NCBI GenBank assembly: GCA_963578625.1
Contig: CAUZEO010000003.1
Location: 1-61,620 of the forward strand
DNA from: Kiritimatiellia bacterium
GTDB lineage: Bacteria; Verrucomicrobiota; Kiritimatiellia; SLOV01
Direction: 5' to 3'
Length of the DNA stretch: 61,620 nucleotides
Numbering within the stretch: the first letter of the stretch is position 1; every line of letters starts with the position of its first letter. The notes under the pieces were generated by a model. The model searched no databases. It worked only from the letters and a program-made list of their open reading frames with translations, and was not told the DNA's origin. Both the position numbers and the translations under genes were made by a program. Below, in pieces: positions 1 through 8,498 of the stretch.

Positions 1-2574
1 CGGAACTTCGAGCGTGCGATAGACGCCCATCAAGTCCATGGTTTCCGCACTGGAGCAAGTCACCGGAATCTTCCAGTCTTCTTCACCTTCCACCGTCCAT
101 GCCACCAGCATCTGTCTCGCATCCCGGGTCCCGGATCCCGAATCGCGCTCGTCAAACAGATACGCCCGCACGTTCTCCGGAGTGTGCATTGATTTCAACC
201 ACGTCACGCCGGTCAAGCGCTCCGCGATAGAATGCATGGACGCGGCCAGGGGCTTCGGCTGATTCAGGGCAGTGAAAGCGCCCCAGTGGTGGTTCTCCAC
301 CTGTGCGTCTTTGATATAGTGGTAGTGAAACCGCTGGAAATTCTTCATGGTCTTGTATTCCACCGCCGCACGCGCCAGGTAATTGGCCTGCTCCCGGATC
401 GTGAACCCCCACGACACGCCCGGGGTGGAGTCCATACCGATCTCGCTGGCCCAGATCGGTCTCGGTTCGCCCCCGTTGTACCGGCGGATCATGTCGTCGA
501 GCCGCAACATGTTCATCAGGTTCCCCATCCCGTGTACGCGCTCGGGCTTCTTGCTTCCGTGACGCGCGCCCGTGTAGGGATGAACACCGACTCCGTAGAC
601 ATAGTCCAGGGCGCCGCGCCCCCACACGTACTTCTGCCGTCCCCAGTCAAACTTCGAGGTGTTGAGCCCCATGATCTTCGCGTCGGGGTCTCCTTTCAAA
701 ATGCCCCGGTGTGCATACTTCAAAACCTGAACGCACCGTTCGAAGGACGTGCCCGTGTTGTTCGGCTCGCTGAGGATTTTGTAGTAGAGCGGGAGCCCCT
801 TGTGTTTCGCCGCGAAGACCGCAAACGCATCGGCCCACTCCTCCGCCGCCGCTTCCATCTCTTCGTCCGGCAGGTAAGACCAGGGGGGCGCGTGATAAAA
901 CACCACGCCGGTTCGATTGGCGGTGCCGAGGATCCGTCGGTTTTCGTCCGAGATCTCCCACGCCCGAAGTTGCTCGGGGGTGGCGTGTCGCAGATCTCCG
1001 GTTTCTGGGCCGACGTACGCCTCGGTCACGCCGATCTTCTTGCCGAGCCGGTCGAAGCTCCCATAAATGCCGACCGGGTTGTCGGGGGAAAAGATCCGAT
1101 CCGGCAGTGCGCGAAGGACCGCGACGGGCTCGACCGCCGTGGTCACCGTCTTCTCGTCGATGCCGAGAAGAAACCGGGCCTTGAACCAGCCGCTGGGCAG
1201 CGGATCGTCGACACGGATCGCGGCCACGGAGGCGTCCCCCGGCCCGGCAGAAAGCTTCGTATCGCCGCGCCGAACGACGGTTCCCCAGAAGTCCTCCACC
1301 GTGTAGTCGATTGAAAAGTCGCGCTTCGTATCGCCGCCGTTGGCAACGCGGACGCGGAACTCGGCGTACTCGCCGAGCTCCATAACGCCGTCTTCCGCCG
1401 TACTCTCCACATGGAACACGTAGGGGAAATCGCGGTTCAATCGGGACGTGACGTGCACGTCATCGATATAGATGCGAACGGGGGTATTCGGCGGCGGCCG
1501 CAGCCACCAGGACAACAACATGCCGCCTTCGCTGCCCGCGTGCCGGATCACGTGCGGTTTCGCCGGCGGATAGAAACCGGTCGACTGCTTCGTCAGGTCC
1601 AGCTCGAGCTGCTTCCACCCGGCCCAGTCGATCCTTCCCATATCGTAGTTGACGTTGCTGTTGGGAGTAAGGAATTGAATATGAAACTCCGCCCCGGATC
1701 CATCGCCGTGAACCCAGAGGCTCAACCTGCGCGGCAGGCCGGGCAACTCGGGCTTGCGCTGGAAGTGACAGAATCGCCACCGGCTCTCCGGCATAGGCTC
1801 GAGAACGAGCTCGGCCGCGTTCGGCGGCGAGCGTACCTCCGCATCGGTAATGGTGTATGTCGCGTCCTCGTACATCTGTTCCCGCTGGGTGGCCGGTTTC
1901 AAGCCGTGGTCCCAGTCGAGCAGGGGAATCGTGGCCTCGATGGAGTTCTCCTCGGAGAACTCGGCCGCCGCATCGTAGACCACCACTTCGTCCACCAGGC
2001 AGGTTCCGCCGTGTCCTTGGTGGATCCCGAGCTGCAGACGGTCGAACTCCCCGAGCTTCTCGTTCACCAGGATCAATTGGCCGTCGACGTAAAGCCGGGT
2101 GATCGCCCCGCTGAAGTCGTAGGTGAAGGTATGCCAGCCGTCGGTCACCTTCACCCCGCTCTCGATCCACTGCCCGCCCCCCATCTCGCCCTCGGCAAGA
2201 GCCATGAACCGGTCCGAACGGCTTACCCCCAGCGCAAGCGTTTCGTCGCCCAGGCCCACGGCAAACATGCGGGTGGTTACCAGCGGCGAGGGAAACGTTG
2301 CCTGGAATTCAACGATGCCCTTGATCTTCCGGGTCAACGACAGCGCGATCATCCCCTGCTTCCCCGAAAGGAGGAGAACATTGTTCCCCTGGTAGGCGTC
2401 GTCGCGACGAACCAGTTTCGGGGTTTCCTCCTCCGTTTCCCCTTCCTCCGTGACTTCCCATTCGTAGATGTCGGCTTCAAAGTCCTCCGTGAAGAGCGCC
2501 TTCTTGCCGCGGGTCAACTCGGAGCCGTGGGCGGAGAAGAAAGACACAAGAAGCAACAACAGGCTTAACCTCAC
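1..2574 (-). CDS. Secreted LamG-like + clan GH-A-like TIM-barrel protein, 3' end cut by window edge; paralog of 44518..48042
   Basis: Absent from the ORF track because it has no stop inside the window. My own minus-strand translation is open for all 858 codons from GTG at 2574. It starts MRLSLLLLLVSFFSAHG (signal peptide), then KKALFTEDFEADIYEW, GWHTFTYD, ILSEPNNTG and IWASEIGM, colinear with the 1174-aa protein at 44518..48042. GGGAGGGG lies upstream of the GTG, which overlaps the TGA of the PhyH gene (GTGA). Confidence 0.8.
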   Translation of the reverse strand, partial: MRLSLLLLLVSFFSAHGSELTRGKKALFTEDFEADIYEWEVTEEGETEEETPKLVRRDDAYQGNNVLLLSGKQGMIALSLTRKIKGIVEFQATFPSPLVTTRMFAVGLGDETLALGVSRSDRFMALAEGEMGGGQWIESGVKVTDGWHTFTYDFSGAITRLYVDGQLILVNEKLGEFDRLQLGIHQGHGGTCLVDEVVVYDAAAEFSEENSIEATIPLLDWDHGLKPATQREQMYEDATYTITDAEVRSPPNAAELVLEPMPESRWRFCHFQRKPELPGLPRRLSLWVHGDGSGAEFHIQFLTPNSNVNYDMGRIDWAGWKQLELDLTKQSTGFYPPAKPHVIRHAGSEGGMLLSWWLRPPPNTPVRIYIDDVHVTSRLNRDFPYVFHVESTAEDGVMELGEYAEFRVRVANGGDTKRDFSIDYTVEDFWGTVVRRGDTKLSAGPGDASVAAIRVDDPLPSGWFKARFLLGIDEKTVTTAVEPVAVLRALPDRIFSPDNPVGIYGSFDRLGKKIGVTEAYVGPETGDLRHATPEQLRAWEISDENRRILGTANRTGVVFYHAPPWSYLPDEEMEAAAEEWADAFAVFAAKHKGLPLYYKILSEPNNTGTSFERCVQVLKYAHRGILKGDPDAKIMGLNTSKFDWGRQKYVWGRGALDYVYGVGVHPYTGARHGSKKPERVHGMGNLMNMLRLDDMIRRYNGGEPRPIWASEIGMDSTPGVSWGFTIREQANYLARAAVEYKTMKNFQRFHYHYIKDAQVENHHWGAFTALNQPKPLAASMHSIAERLTGVTWLKSMHTPENVRAYLFDERDSGSGTRDARQMLVAWTVEGEEDWKIPVTCSSAETMDLMGVYRTLEVP

Positions 2575-3410
2575 TCCCACCCCTCCCGATATTTCTCCAC
2601 AAACACCCCATGGAACCGACGTGTCTCCTCCGAGACGCCCACCAGATATCCGTCGTTCAGAAACCATGGCTGCCGATTAAAGATGTCGTGCTTCACGGGA
2701 GTGGATATTCCCTCGTACGTCAGCATCAGGGTCCGGCGCAGCTTGTCGGTGTGATACCGTCCGCGATGAATCGCACAGGGATTGAATGCCACCGCGTCGC
2801 CCACCGCGAGATCGGCTCGAAGAGCACCCGGCATGTCGTTGGACTTATTGTGAGCCTTGTTGTCCTTCAATCGAATCGCCCATTCTTCGGGCGTGTCCCA
2901 CCGGAGGTGGGATCCGGGCACGACTTCGGCGTCTGCGCTGGGCACGAGGGCGATCTGCAGCTGAATGCAATTCTGGAACGCATCGCCGGCCAGCCGGGCT
3001 CTCTCGTCTTCTTCATCATAGTCCTGCACAAATTGTGTATCCCGGTGCCAGTGCCCGTCCCGGTGGTCTTCGAGCGGGTTCATGAAAAGGCTGAAAAGGC
3101 GGTACACCGGTTCTTCACGAAGAACCTGCCGCGCGAAGTCGAGGACCCGCGGATCGGCGGCGATCTCCAGGAGCATGGGCAGCCACTCCGGGTGATCCGT
3201 GAAATATCCGGGATGATTGAGATGGCGCATCACGTGGTCAAACTCGCCGGGTCCCGGTTCCGCGCGTCGGTACCACTGCTGGAGTATGTCCTCACAGACG
3301 AGAAGAAGCTGTTTGGCCTCGTCCTTCCCGATCAGCTCACGCACCAGCGCGTCGCCCTGCGTCGCCCACCGATTCGCCAGGTTCCCCAATGTGTCCTTCT
3401 CCGTAACCAC
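2571..3410 (-). CDS. PhyH-family Fe(II)/2-oxoglutarate dioxygenase
   Basis: 279-aa ORF with HxD motif (HWHRD), a distal His (CAIHRGRY) and the typical basic residue downstream (KLRRTLMLTY). No signal peptide. Its stop overlaps the start of the downstream gene. Confidence 0.85.
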   Translation of the reverse strand: MVTEKDTLGNLANRWATQGDALVRELIGKDEAKQLLLVCEDILQQWYRRAEPGPGEFDHVMRHLNHPGYFTDHPEWLPMLLEIAADPRVLDFARQVLREEPVYRLFSLFMNPLEDHRDGHWHRDTQFVQDYDEEDERARLAGDAFQNCIQLQIALVPSADAEVVPGSHLRWDTPEEWAIRLKDNKAHNKSNDMPGALRADLAVGDAVAFNPCAIHRGRYHTDKLRRTLMLTYEGISTPVKHDIFNRQPWFLNDGYLVGVSEETRRFHGVFVEKYREGWE

Positions 3411-3632
3411 GCATTCTCCTTGATGCAGTGCGAATGCGGTCGACTACACATCCGCTGGATCTATCTGAAACCCGACGAAGACCTTAGTTCAATCACGAAA
3501 TTGGCACAAGCGTTTGTGCGGGCGAGGGGCTGGCCTGTCGGTGTCAGGCCCGTTGGACCCGCAGATTCTGCTAAAGACCCTAAAAAAACAAGCTTGTGCA
3601 TCGGCACCCCATCGTGTACCGGATCGATCGTC

Positions 3633-6083
3633 ATGCCATCCAACTCATCAATCGAAATCAGTCTCGCTCTTCTCGCAATCGGTTCATTCCTCGTGCTCCA
3701 AGTGGAAGCCGGGCTCCCGCCCGGCGTACCGGGCCCCGGCGACGTCGTTTGGGAAGAAGACTTCTCCGACCCCGACCTCGGGCCCTGGTCGGTGAACTAC
3801 CACGCCCCGCCCGGTGGGACGAAGGGCAAGCCGGCCATCTCCGTCAAGGACGGCAATCTGCTCTATACCACGACGTTCCTGGCCGCGCCGGACGTGCGCG
3901 GGTACGCCAGCGCATCGCACCACTTCAAGAACGGCGGCGCCGGGTTCAAGCTGGCCGACGCGCCGGTCCTCGAAATCCGGCTGCGCCCGCTGATGGATGC
4001 CGGACACGGCGAGGAAATGTCGCTGACCATCGTTCTGAACTACAAAACGTACGCCGGCGATTCGATGTGGACCATCGTCAAAGCGTGGGAGCGGACGGCG
4101 AAGGCGGACGATTGGGTGATTGTGCGCAAGAATCTGTATGATCATCCGACCGCCTCCGGACCGGCCGGCAAGGAAGTGCTGATCGACATCAACTTTTTCC
4201 TGCAAAGCGAGGTGCCCGGCGAACCCTCGGCCGCGCTGGAAATCGACTGGATGCGGCTACGGCGCATGACCGAGGAGCAGCAGACCCGTTTCTCGGTATT
4301 CGACGACCTGCTGACCCGATTCGAGATGCAGCCGGCGCCCAAGACCGAAGGGTTCTTCGGCCTCGGATTCTATGGCCTCTCCTGCCCGCGCTGGGGTGGA
4401 AGCTGGCCGGCGACACTGGACCGGATCGCGCGGGACTGGGTGAATTTCGTGGGCGCGGCCAGCGGCCGTTTTTACCAGAGCGTCTGGAACGACCACCGGT
4501 CGGTCGTACCCGGATCCGAAGAAGAGGAACTGCCCGAGGGCGATGAAGGGCGCGCAACCGTCTACGTGAAAACGCACCAATACCTGGCCCCCATGCTGCG
4601 CGAGTACGGCATGAATTACATCGGCAGCCTGGTCGGGTTCGCGGGCGGCGTGGAGGACATAGCGCTGACGGACCGGGACCGCGACCAGTTGAATCGATGG
4701 GCGGACGAAATCGCCGTGCTGCGCGACGAACCGAATCTCCTCGGATGGTTCTGCCGCGACGAGGCCAGGCCGGACTACCTGGTGAACTACCTGGTCACCA
4801 AGGCCATGATAGAAACCCGCGTACCCGACAAACCGGCGATGGTGCTGCTCAACAGCACGGAGTTTCTCCGGGTCTACAATGACAGCCACCAGGTCATCTT
4901 TACCGACCGGTACCCCATCCTGCGTCCGACGCGGGACGATCCCTGGAAGATCCTCCGGTGGATGACGGAGATCGATGCGTACACCGGCGGCAAGCCGCAC
5001 TGGTTTACGCTCGAGGCGTTCCGCATTCGCAAGGAGCCCTGGCATGCCCGGCCCAGCGAGATCGACCTGCGGATGATGAGCTGGCTGTCCATCGCGGGCG
5101 GTGCGAAGGTCAACTGCTACTTTCTCCTCAGCGGAGGTCCCTGGTGGGAGGACTATTACATCCGGAAGAAAAAACGAGGGAACCCCTTCCGGTGCATGCT
5201 GGATTGCTACGGAAATGAGACGCCACACTACCGTGCCTTCCGGGAACACGCGGCCAAGGTCGGGCCGCTGGGTCCGCTGCTGGCCCGGGCCCGGCTGAAC
5301 CATCGGCCCTCGGTCACCGCCGTGGCGCCGGACATGGTCCAGAACGGCGTGGGGCCGGAGGCGACACAGACCATTCCGGCGGTTCACGTGTCCACCCTCG
5401 AGCCGGATCGGATCGACGGCCGGATCCTGATCGCCGTCAACATGGACCGCGACAGGCCGCAGCCGCTGAAGATCAAGGTTCCCGACTTGGGCAACGACCG
5501 CTGTTATGACCTGGTGAGCCTGACGGAAGTGCCCGTAAGTGAGTCAGGACTGTTCGAGCCCTTCACCCTTCGCCCGGGCGACGGGCATCCGTTCATCCTG
5601 TGCAGCCCTGAAACGTTCAAAGAGGTGAAGTCGCTGGTAACCGAAGCACACACGCAACAGGTGCTTCGCGTGGCGAGGCTGGATTTGAAGAAGGCGCTCG
5701 CGTGGAAGATCGACGTTTCAAGTGAGGTGGATGCGGCCCAAGCATTGGAATCCGACACGAAGTACCGGGGTTGTAGAGACGCTCTGGCCGCTTGCCGCAA
5801 GATTCTCGGCAGGCTGGAAACGATGATGAACATCGCCGCGCACGGCGACGATGCCATGGAGAGCCCGGCCTTGGACGACGCGGCGACGAAGCTCCTGGCG
5901 GCCAGCGAGACGTATGACCAATGCGCGAAGGACTTTTATGAAGGGAAGAAGGATGGACTGCTGCAGAGGTTGAAAGAGCTGCGCACAACCATCACCGCCC
6001 TGGAGCCGGCGGTCAGCAAGGCAACCGGCGCCAAACCTGGTTCGTGGCCGTTTCCGGAACGGCCGTGGGCATCATCGAACTGA
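3633..6083 (+). CDS. Secreted hypothetical protein, possible clan GH-A (GH42-like) barrel with helical C-terminal tail
   Basis: In-frame ATG at 3633 inside the 1157-aa track ORF; the upstream part is the antisense shadow of the PhyH gene. MPSNSSIEISLALLAIGSFLVLQVEA is a signal peptide. RDEPNLLGWFCRDEA and HWFTLEAF resemble acid/base and nucleophile strands. The function call is weak. Confidence 0.65.
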   Translation: MPSNSSIEISLALLAIGSFLVLQVEAGLPPGVPGPGDVVWEEDFSDPDLGPWSVNYHAPPGGTKGKPAISVKDGNLLYTTTFLAAPDVRGYASASHHFKNGGAGFKLADAPVLEIRLRPLMDAGHGEEMSLTIVLNYKTYAGDSMWTIVKAWERTAKADDWVIVRKNLYDHPTASGPAGKEVLIDINFFLQSEVPGEPSAALEIDWMRLRRMTEEQQTRFSVFDDLLTRFEMQPAPKTEGFFGLGFYGLSCPRWGGSWPATLDRIARDWVNFVGAASGRFYQSVWNDHRSVVPGSEEEELPEGDEGRATVYVKTHQYLAPMLREYGMNYIGSLVGFAGGVEDIALTDRDRDQLNRWADEIAVLRDEPNLLGWFCRDEARPDYLVNYLVTKAMIETRVPDKPAMVLLNSTEFLRVYNDSHQVIFTDRYPILRPTRDDPWKILRWMTEIDAYTGGKPHWFTLEAFRIRKEPWHARPSEIDLRMMSWLSIAGGAKVNCYFLLSGGPWWEDYYIRKKKRGNPFRCMLDCYGNETPHYRAFREHAAKVGPLGPLLARARLNHRPSVTAVAPDMVQNGVGPEATQTIPAVHVSTLEPDRIDGRILIAVNMDRDRPQPLKIKVPDLGNDRCYDLVSLTEVPVSESGLFEPFTLRPGDGHPFILCSPETFKEVKSLVTEAHTQQVLRVARLDLKKALAWKIDVSSEVDAAQALESDTKYRGCRDALAACRKILGRLETMMNIAAHGDDAMESPALDDAATKLLAASETYDQCAKDFYEGKKDGLLQRLKELRTTITALEPAVSKATGAKPGSWPFPERPWASSN

Positions 6084-6084
6084 C

Positions 6085-7113
6085 TTACTTCACCACCCGG
6101 TAATTCTTGGTCGGCGACGTACCTGACGGGTCGAACAGCGTCTGCGGTCCGCCGTCTCCGATGGCAATGGCGCCGGTATCGGAGAAGTTGGACGACACCA
6201 GGTCCGGCGTGCTCTGCAAACGGTGCTCAACGCCCGCTTCGCTCGAGTAACTGACGCCCGAGGTGTCCGCCACCACGACATTCGTGGAGGTCACCACGAC
6301 ATTCGTGGAGGTCACCACGGTATCGGACGGAGGCTGGACAAAGCCATCAATGTACCATTCCGCAAAATTCCCCGATGAAAAAGCGGCGGATCCAATCTGC
6401 CGATCACTGTCCGCGGCCGAGGATATGTTCGAATCACTGAAGGTCTCCTGACCGGTAGCCTGGTTCCAGATCGTGAATTCCCATGTGTCGTTGCCGTGGC
6501 CGGAAACCACGGTGTACTTCAGCTCTACCGAATGCCAGGCGTCCGGTGTGAATGCATTCGCCACATCGCCCGCCTGACTGAGACTGTCCCCGTAAGTCAG
6601 TCTGCCGTTCTCGAAGAAATCCAGATACGCAAGGTCGAATCCGGAACCGGTGGTGCCGAGCTTCAATGCGTGAAGCACGGATTCGTCCGTTCCGCCGCCC
6701 TGAGAGTCGACATAGACACTGAACTGGGACGTGACAACGCCATCCGACGTTGGTGTGATGGTGTTCTGTAAATCCAACACCAAATACACCCGATGGCCAG
6801 AACCCTGGGTCCCGTTTTGCATTCCATAGACATACTGGCCTCCCTGGGCCGCCCCCGGACTGGCATTGGTGACGACTTCGCCGGTTGCACCCCCGCCGCC
6901 ATCGGTGATGGTGGCAAGCCAGCTACCGGGTCCGGGATTCAACGTCGGCAGGGCCCCGGCACCATTGGAAATAGCGCCCAGGGGCTGATTGTCGAAGTTG
7001 TCGTTCCCAGTGTTTAAAAAGGTCGTGTGATGAACTGTGGCGGCGTGGACTGAGGCGACGAGCCCCAGCGTCAGCACCGACGAAACGACCGCTCGAAGCG
7101 GGTGGATTGTCAT
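6085..7113 (-). CDS. Secreted LamG/lectin-like protein with beta-sandwich-like C-terminal tail
   Basis: ATG at 7113 with GGAGAA upstream gives MTIHPLRAVVSSVLTLGLVASVHA. The N-terminal ~230 aa are paralogous to 7208..8038 (HHTTFLNTGNDNFDNQPLG vs SHSTLGLLGADDYEAQPLG). The C-terminus reads LQSTPDLV...NYRVVK. Confidence 0.7.
   Translation of the reverse strand: MTIHPLRAVVSSVLTLGLVASVHAATVHHTTFLNTGNDNFDNQPLGAISNGAGALPTLNPGPGSWLATITDGGGGATGEVVTNASPGAAQGGQYVYGMQNGTQGSGHRVYLVLDLQNTITPTSDGVVTSQFSVYVDSQGGGTDESVLHALKLGTTGSGFDLAYLDFFENGRLTYGDSLSQAGDVANAFTPDAWHSVELKYTVVSGHGNDTWEFTIWNQATGQETFSDSNISSAADSDRQIGSAAFSSGNFAEWYIDGFVQPPSDTVVTSTNVVVTSTNVVVADTSGVSYSSEAGVEHRLQSTPDLVSSNFSDTGAIAIGDGGPQTLFDPSGTSPTKNYRVVK
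6271..6320. repeat. 21-nt in-frame tandem repeat, 2.4 copies
   Basis: The unit caccacgacattcgtggaggt occurs at 6271..6291 and again at 6292..6312, followed by a partial copy. It encodes TSTNVVV twice in the minus-strand protein. Confidence 0.9.
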
Positions 7114-7207
7114 GGTGGATAGTTCTCCGACTTGTTCAATCTGCCTCTGCGTACGGCGGGTCGACGTACGGGCCGACCCACCGGTTTTCAACTCTCCAAG
7201 TATTCAA

Positions 7208-8038
7208 TTACTTTGCTGTCCGCCGGCGAAGTCCGGCGAAAAGCAGTGCGCCGATGCCTAGCATGGCCGCAGTCGAGGGCTCTGGGATGGCGTCGAGGTA
7301 CACGGAACCGTAGTTGTCCGCATAGAAATTCGCGGACTGGATATTGCGAAGGTCATCCCCAGCAACGGCTATACCGGTAGCGGAGAAAAGCACTCCGGCG
7401 CCTTGCATGCTGGAAATCGTGGCGTCGATGGTGTCGTTGAGGGTACCGTCAACAAGATGGTATATGATTTCCGCCGCGAGCCATTCGTCGGTGGGGATCG
7501 TTCCGCTAACCCAAGTGCAATTTCGGCAGCCTACGTTAATACCTCCGTTCCTGTCCCAGCTCGCGGCCAGCATGGCCCAGCCGGCAGTATCCGTGGACGT
7601 GAGTTCAAAGCCGAAGGATCCGGTCTGGGCAGCGGTGGGCGATGAGTCGACGAAAAAGCTAAACGTCGTAGTAATATCGCCGGCATCTCCCGGTCCGACA
7701 TCGTTGATGTCCAATCGCTGATTATAGTAATTGCCGGATCCATAAGTCCCCGCGTTGAACATGGTCACGAACTGGCTGCCTTGGGCCGCTCCAGTGGGGC
7801 CCGCGGATGTAACCACGTTACCGACTCCCGCGCCGCCGGCGTTTACATCCCAAGCCCCCTCTCCACCATAGGTTTCTTCAGACAGTTGCGAAGTAAACGT
7901 AGAGCCCAACGGCTGTGCTTCGTAGTCGTCCGCTCCCAGTAGCCCCAACGTGGAATGTGATATGGATGTCGCCTGTGCTGTGCTGACAATTCCCAGCGTC
8001 AGGGCAACGGCGATAGGCGTGATGAGATTCATCTTCAT
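7208..8038 (-). CDS. PEP-CTERM-anchored secreted LamG/lectin-like protein
   Basis: ATG at 8038 with GGAGAG upstream gives MKMNLITPIAVALTLGIVSTAQA. The C-terminus IPEPSTAAMLGIGALLFAGLRRR has the PEP motif, a TM helix and a basic tail. Confidence 0.85.
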   Translation of the reverse strand: MKMNLITPIAVALTLGIVSTAQATSISHSTLGLLGADDYEAQPLGSTFTSQLSEETYGGEGAWDVNAGGAGVGNVVTSAGPTGAAQGSQFVTMFNAGTYGSGNYYNQRLDINDVGPGDAGDITTTFSFFVDSSPTAAQTGSFGFELTSTDTAGWAMLAASWDRNGGINVGCRNCTWVSGTIPTDEWLAAEIIYHLVDGTLNDTIDATISSMQGAGVLFSATGIAVAGDDLRNIQSANFYADNYGSVYLDAIPEPSTAAMLGIGALLFAGLRRRTAK

Positions 8039-8498
8039 GTGTAGTCTCTCCTCTGCGTTTTGTGAGGACACGACAGGTTGCTCCCAACCCGTTTGTCCAC
8101 ACGGCCTACTAGTCTGATGCAGGCGCCTAAAGACCTAACGCCTGCGACGAATTTGAGATTCTATGGACACCTCAAGGAGAGGCTCCTATCAAAAAACGGG
8201 CCCTTGTACAATCAATTCTCATCCCCAATACTATGGAGTCTCCGTAAAATCTGTGGATCGGCCCGGCTGCGAGGTGAGGCTATAGAGGCCCAGAATTGGG
8301 CTTTTTACCCCGAAACGACCATAAAACATGCTAATACGAAATATTCCCACAGCAGATCTGACGCCATGCCAGTGGCCTGGGAGGCCAAATCGCAGGTGTG
8401 AGAATGGCGGTTTCGGCTTCACCACCGACAGGATGCCGCTCTTTGTCCATGCCCCCTCGCGCGTGAACATTTTTCTGGTATCTTTACAGATACGTTCC

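Noticed and set aside
232-2568. Plus-strand ORFs 232..1314 (360 aa) and 1411..2568 (385 aa)
   Set aside because: Both are shadows of the unlisted minus-strand gene 1..2574. They have no motifs and an Arg/Val/His/Pro-rich composition.
2610-3632. N-terminal 341 codons of the 1157-aa track ORF 2610..6083
   Set aside because: This part is antisense to the PhyH gene 2571..3410 and its upstream spacer. A signal peptide begins at the internal ATG 3633, so the real gene starts there.
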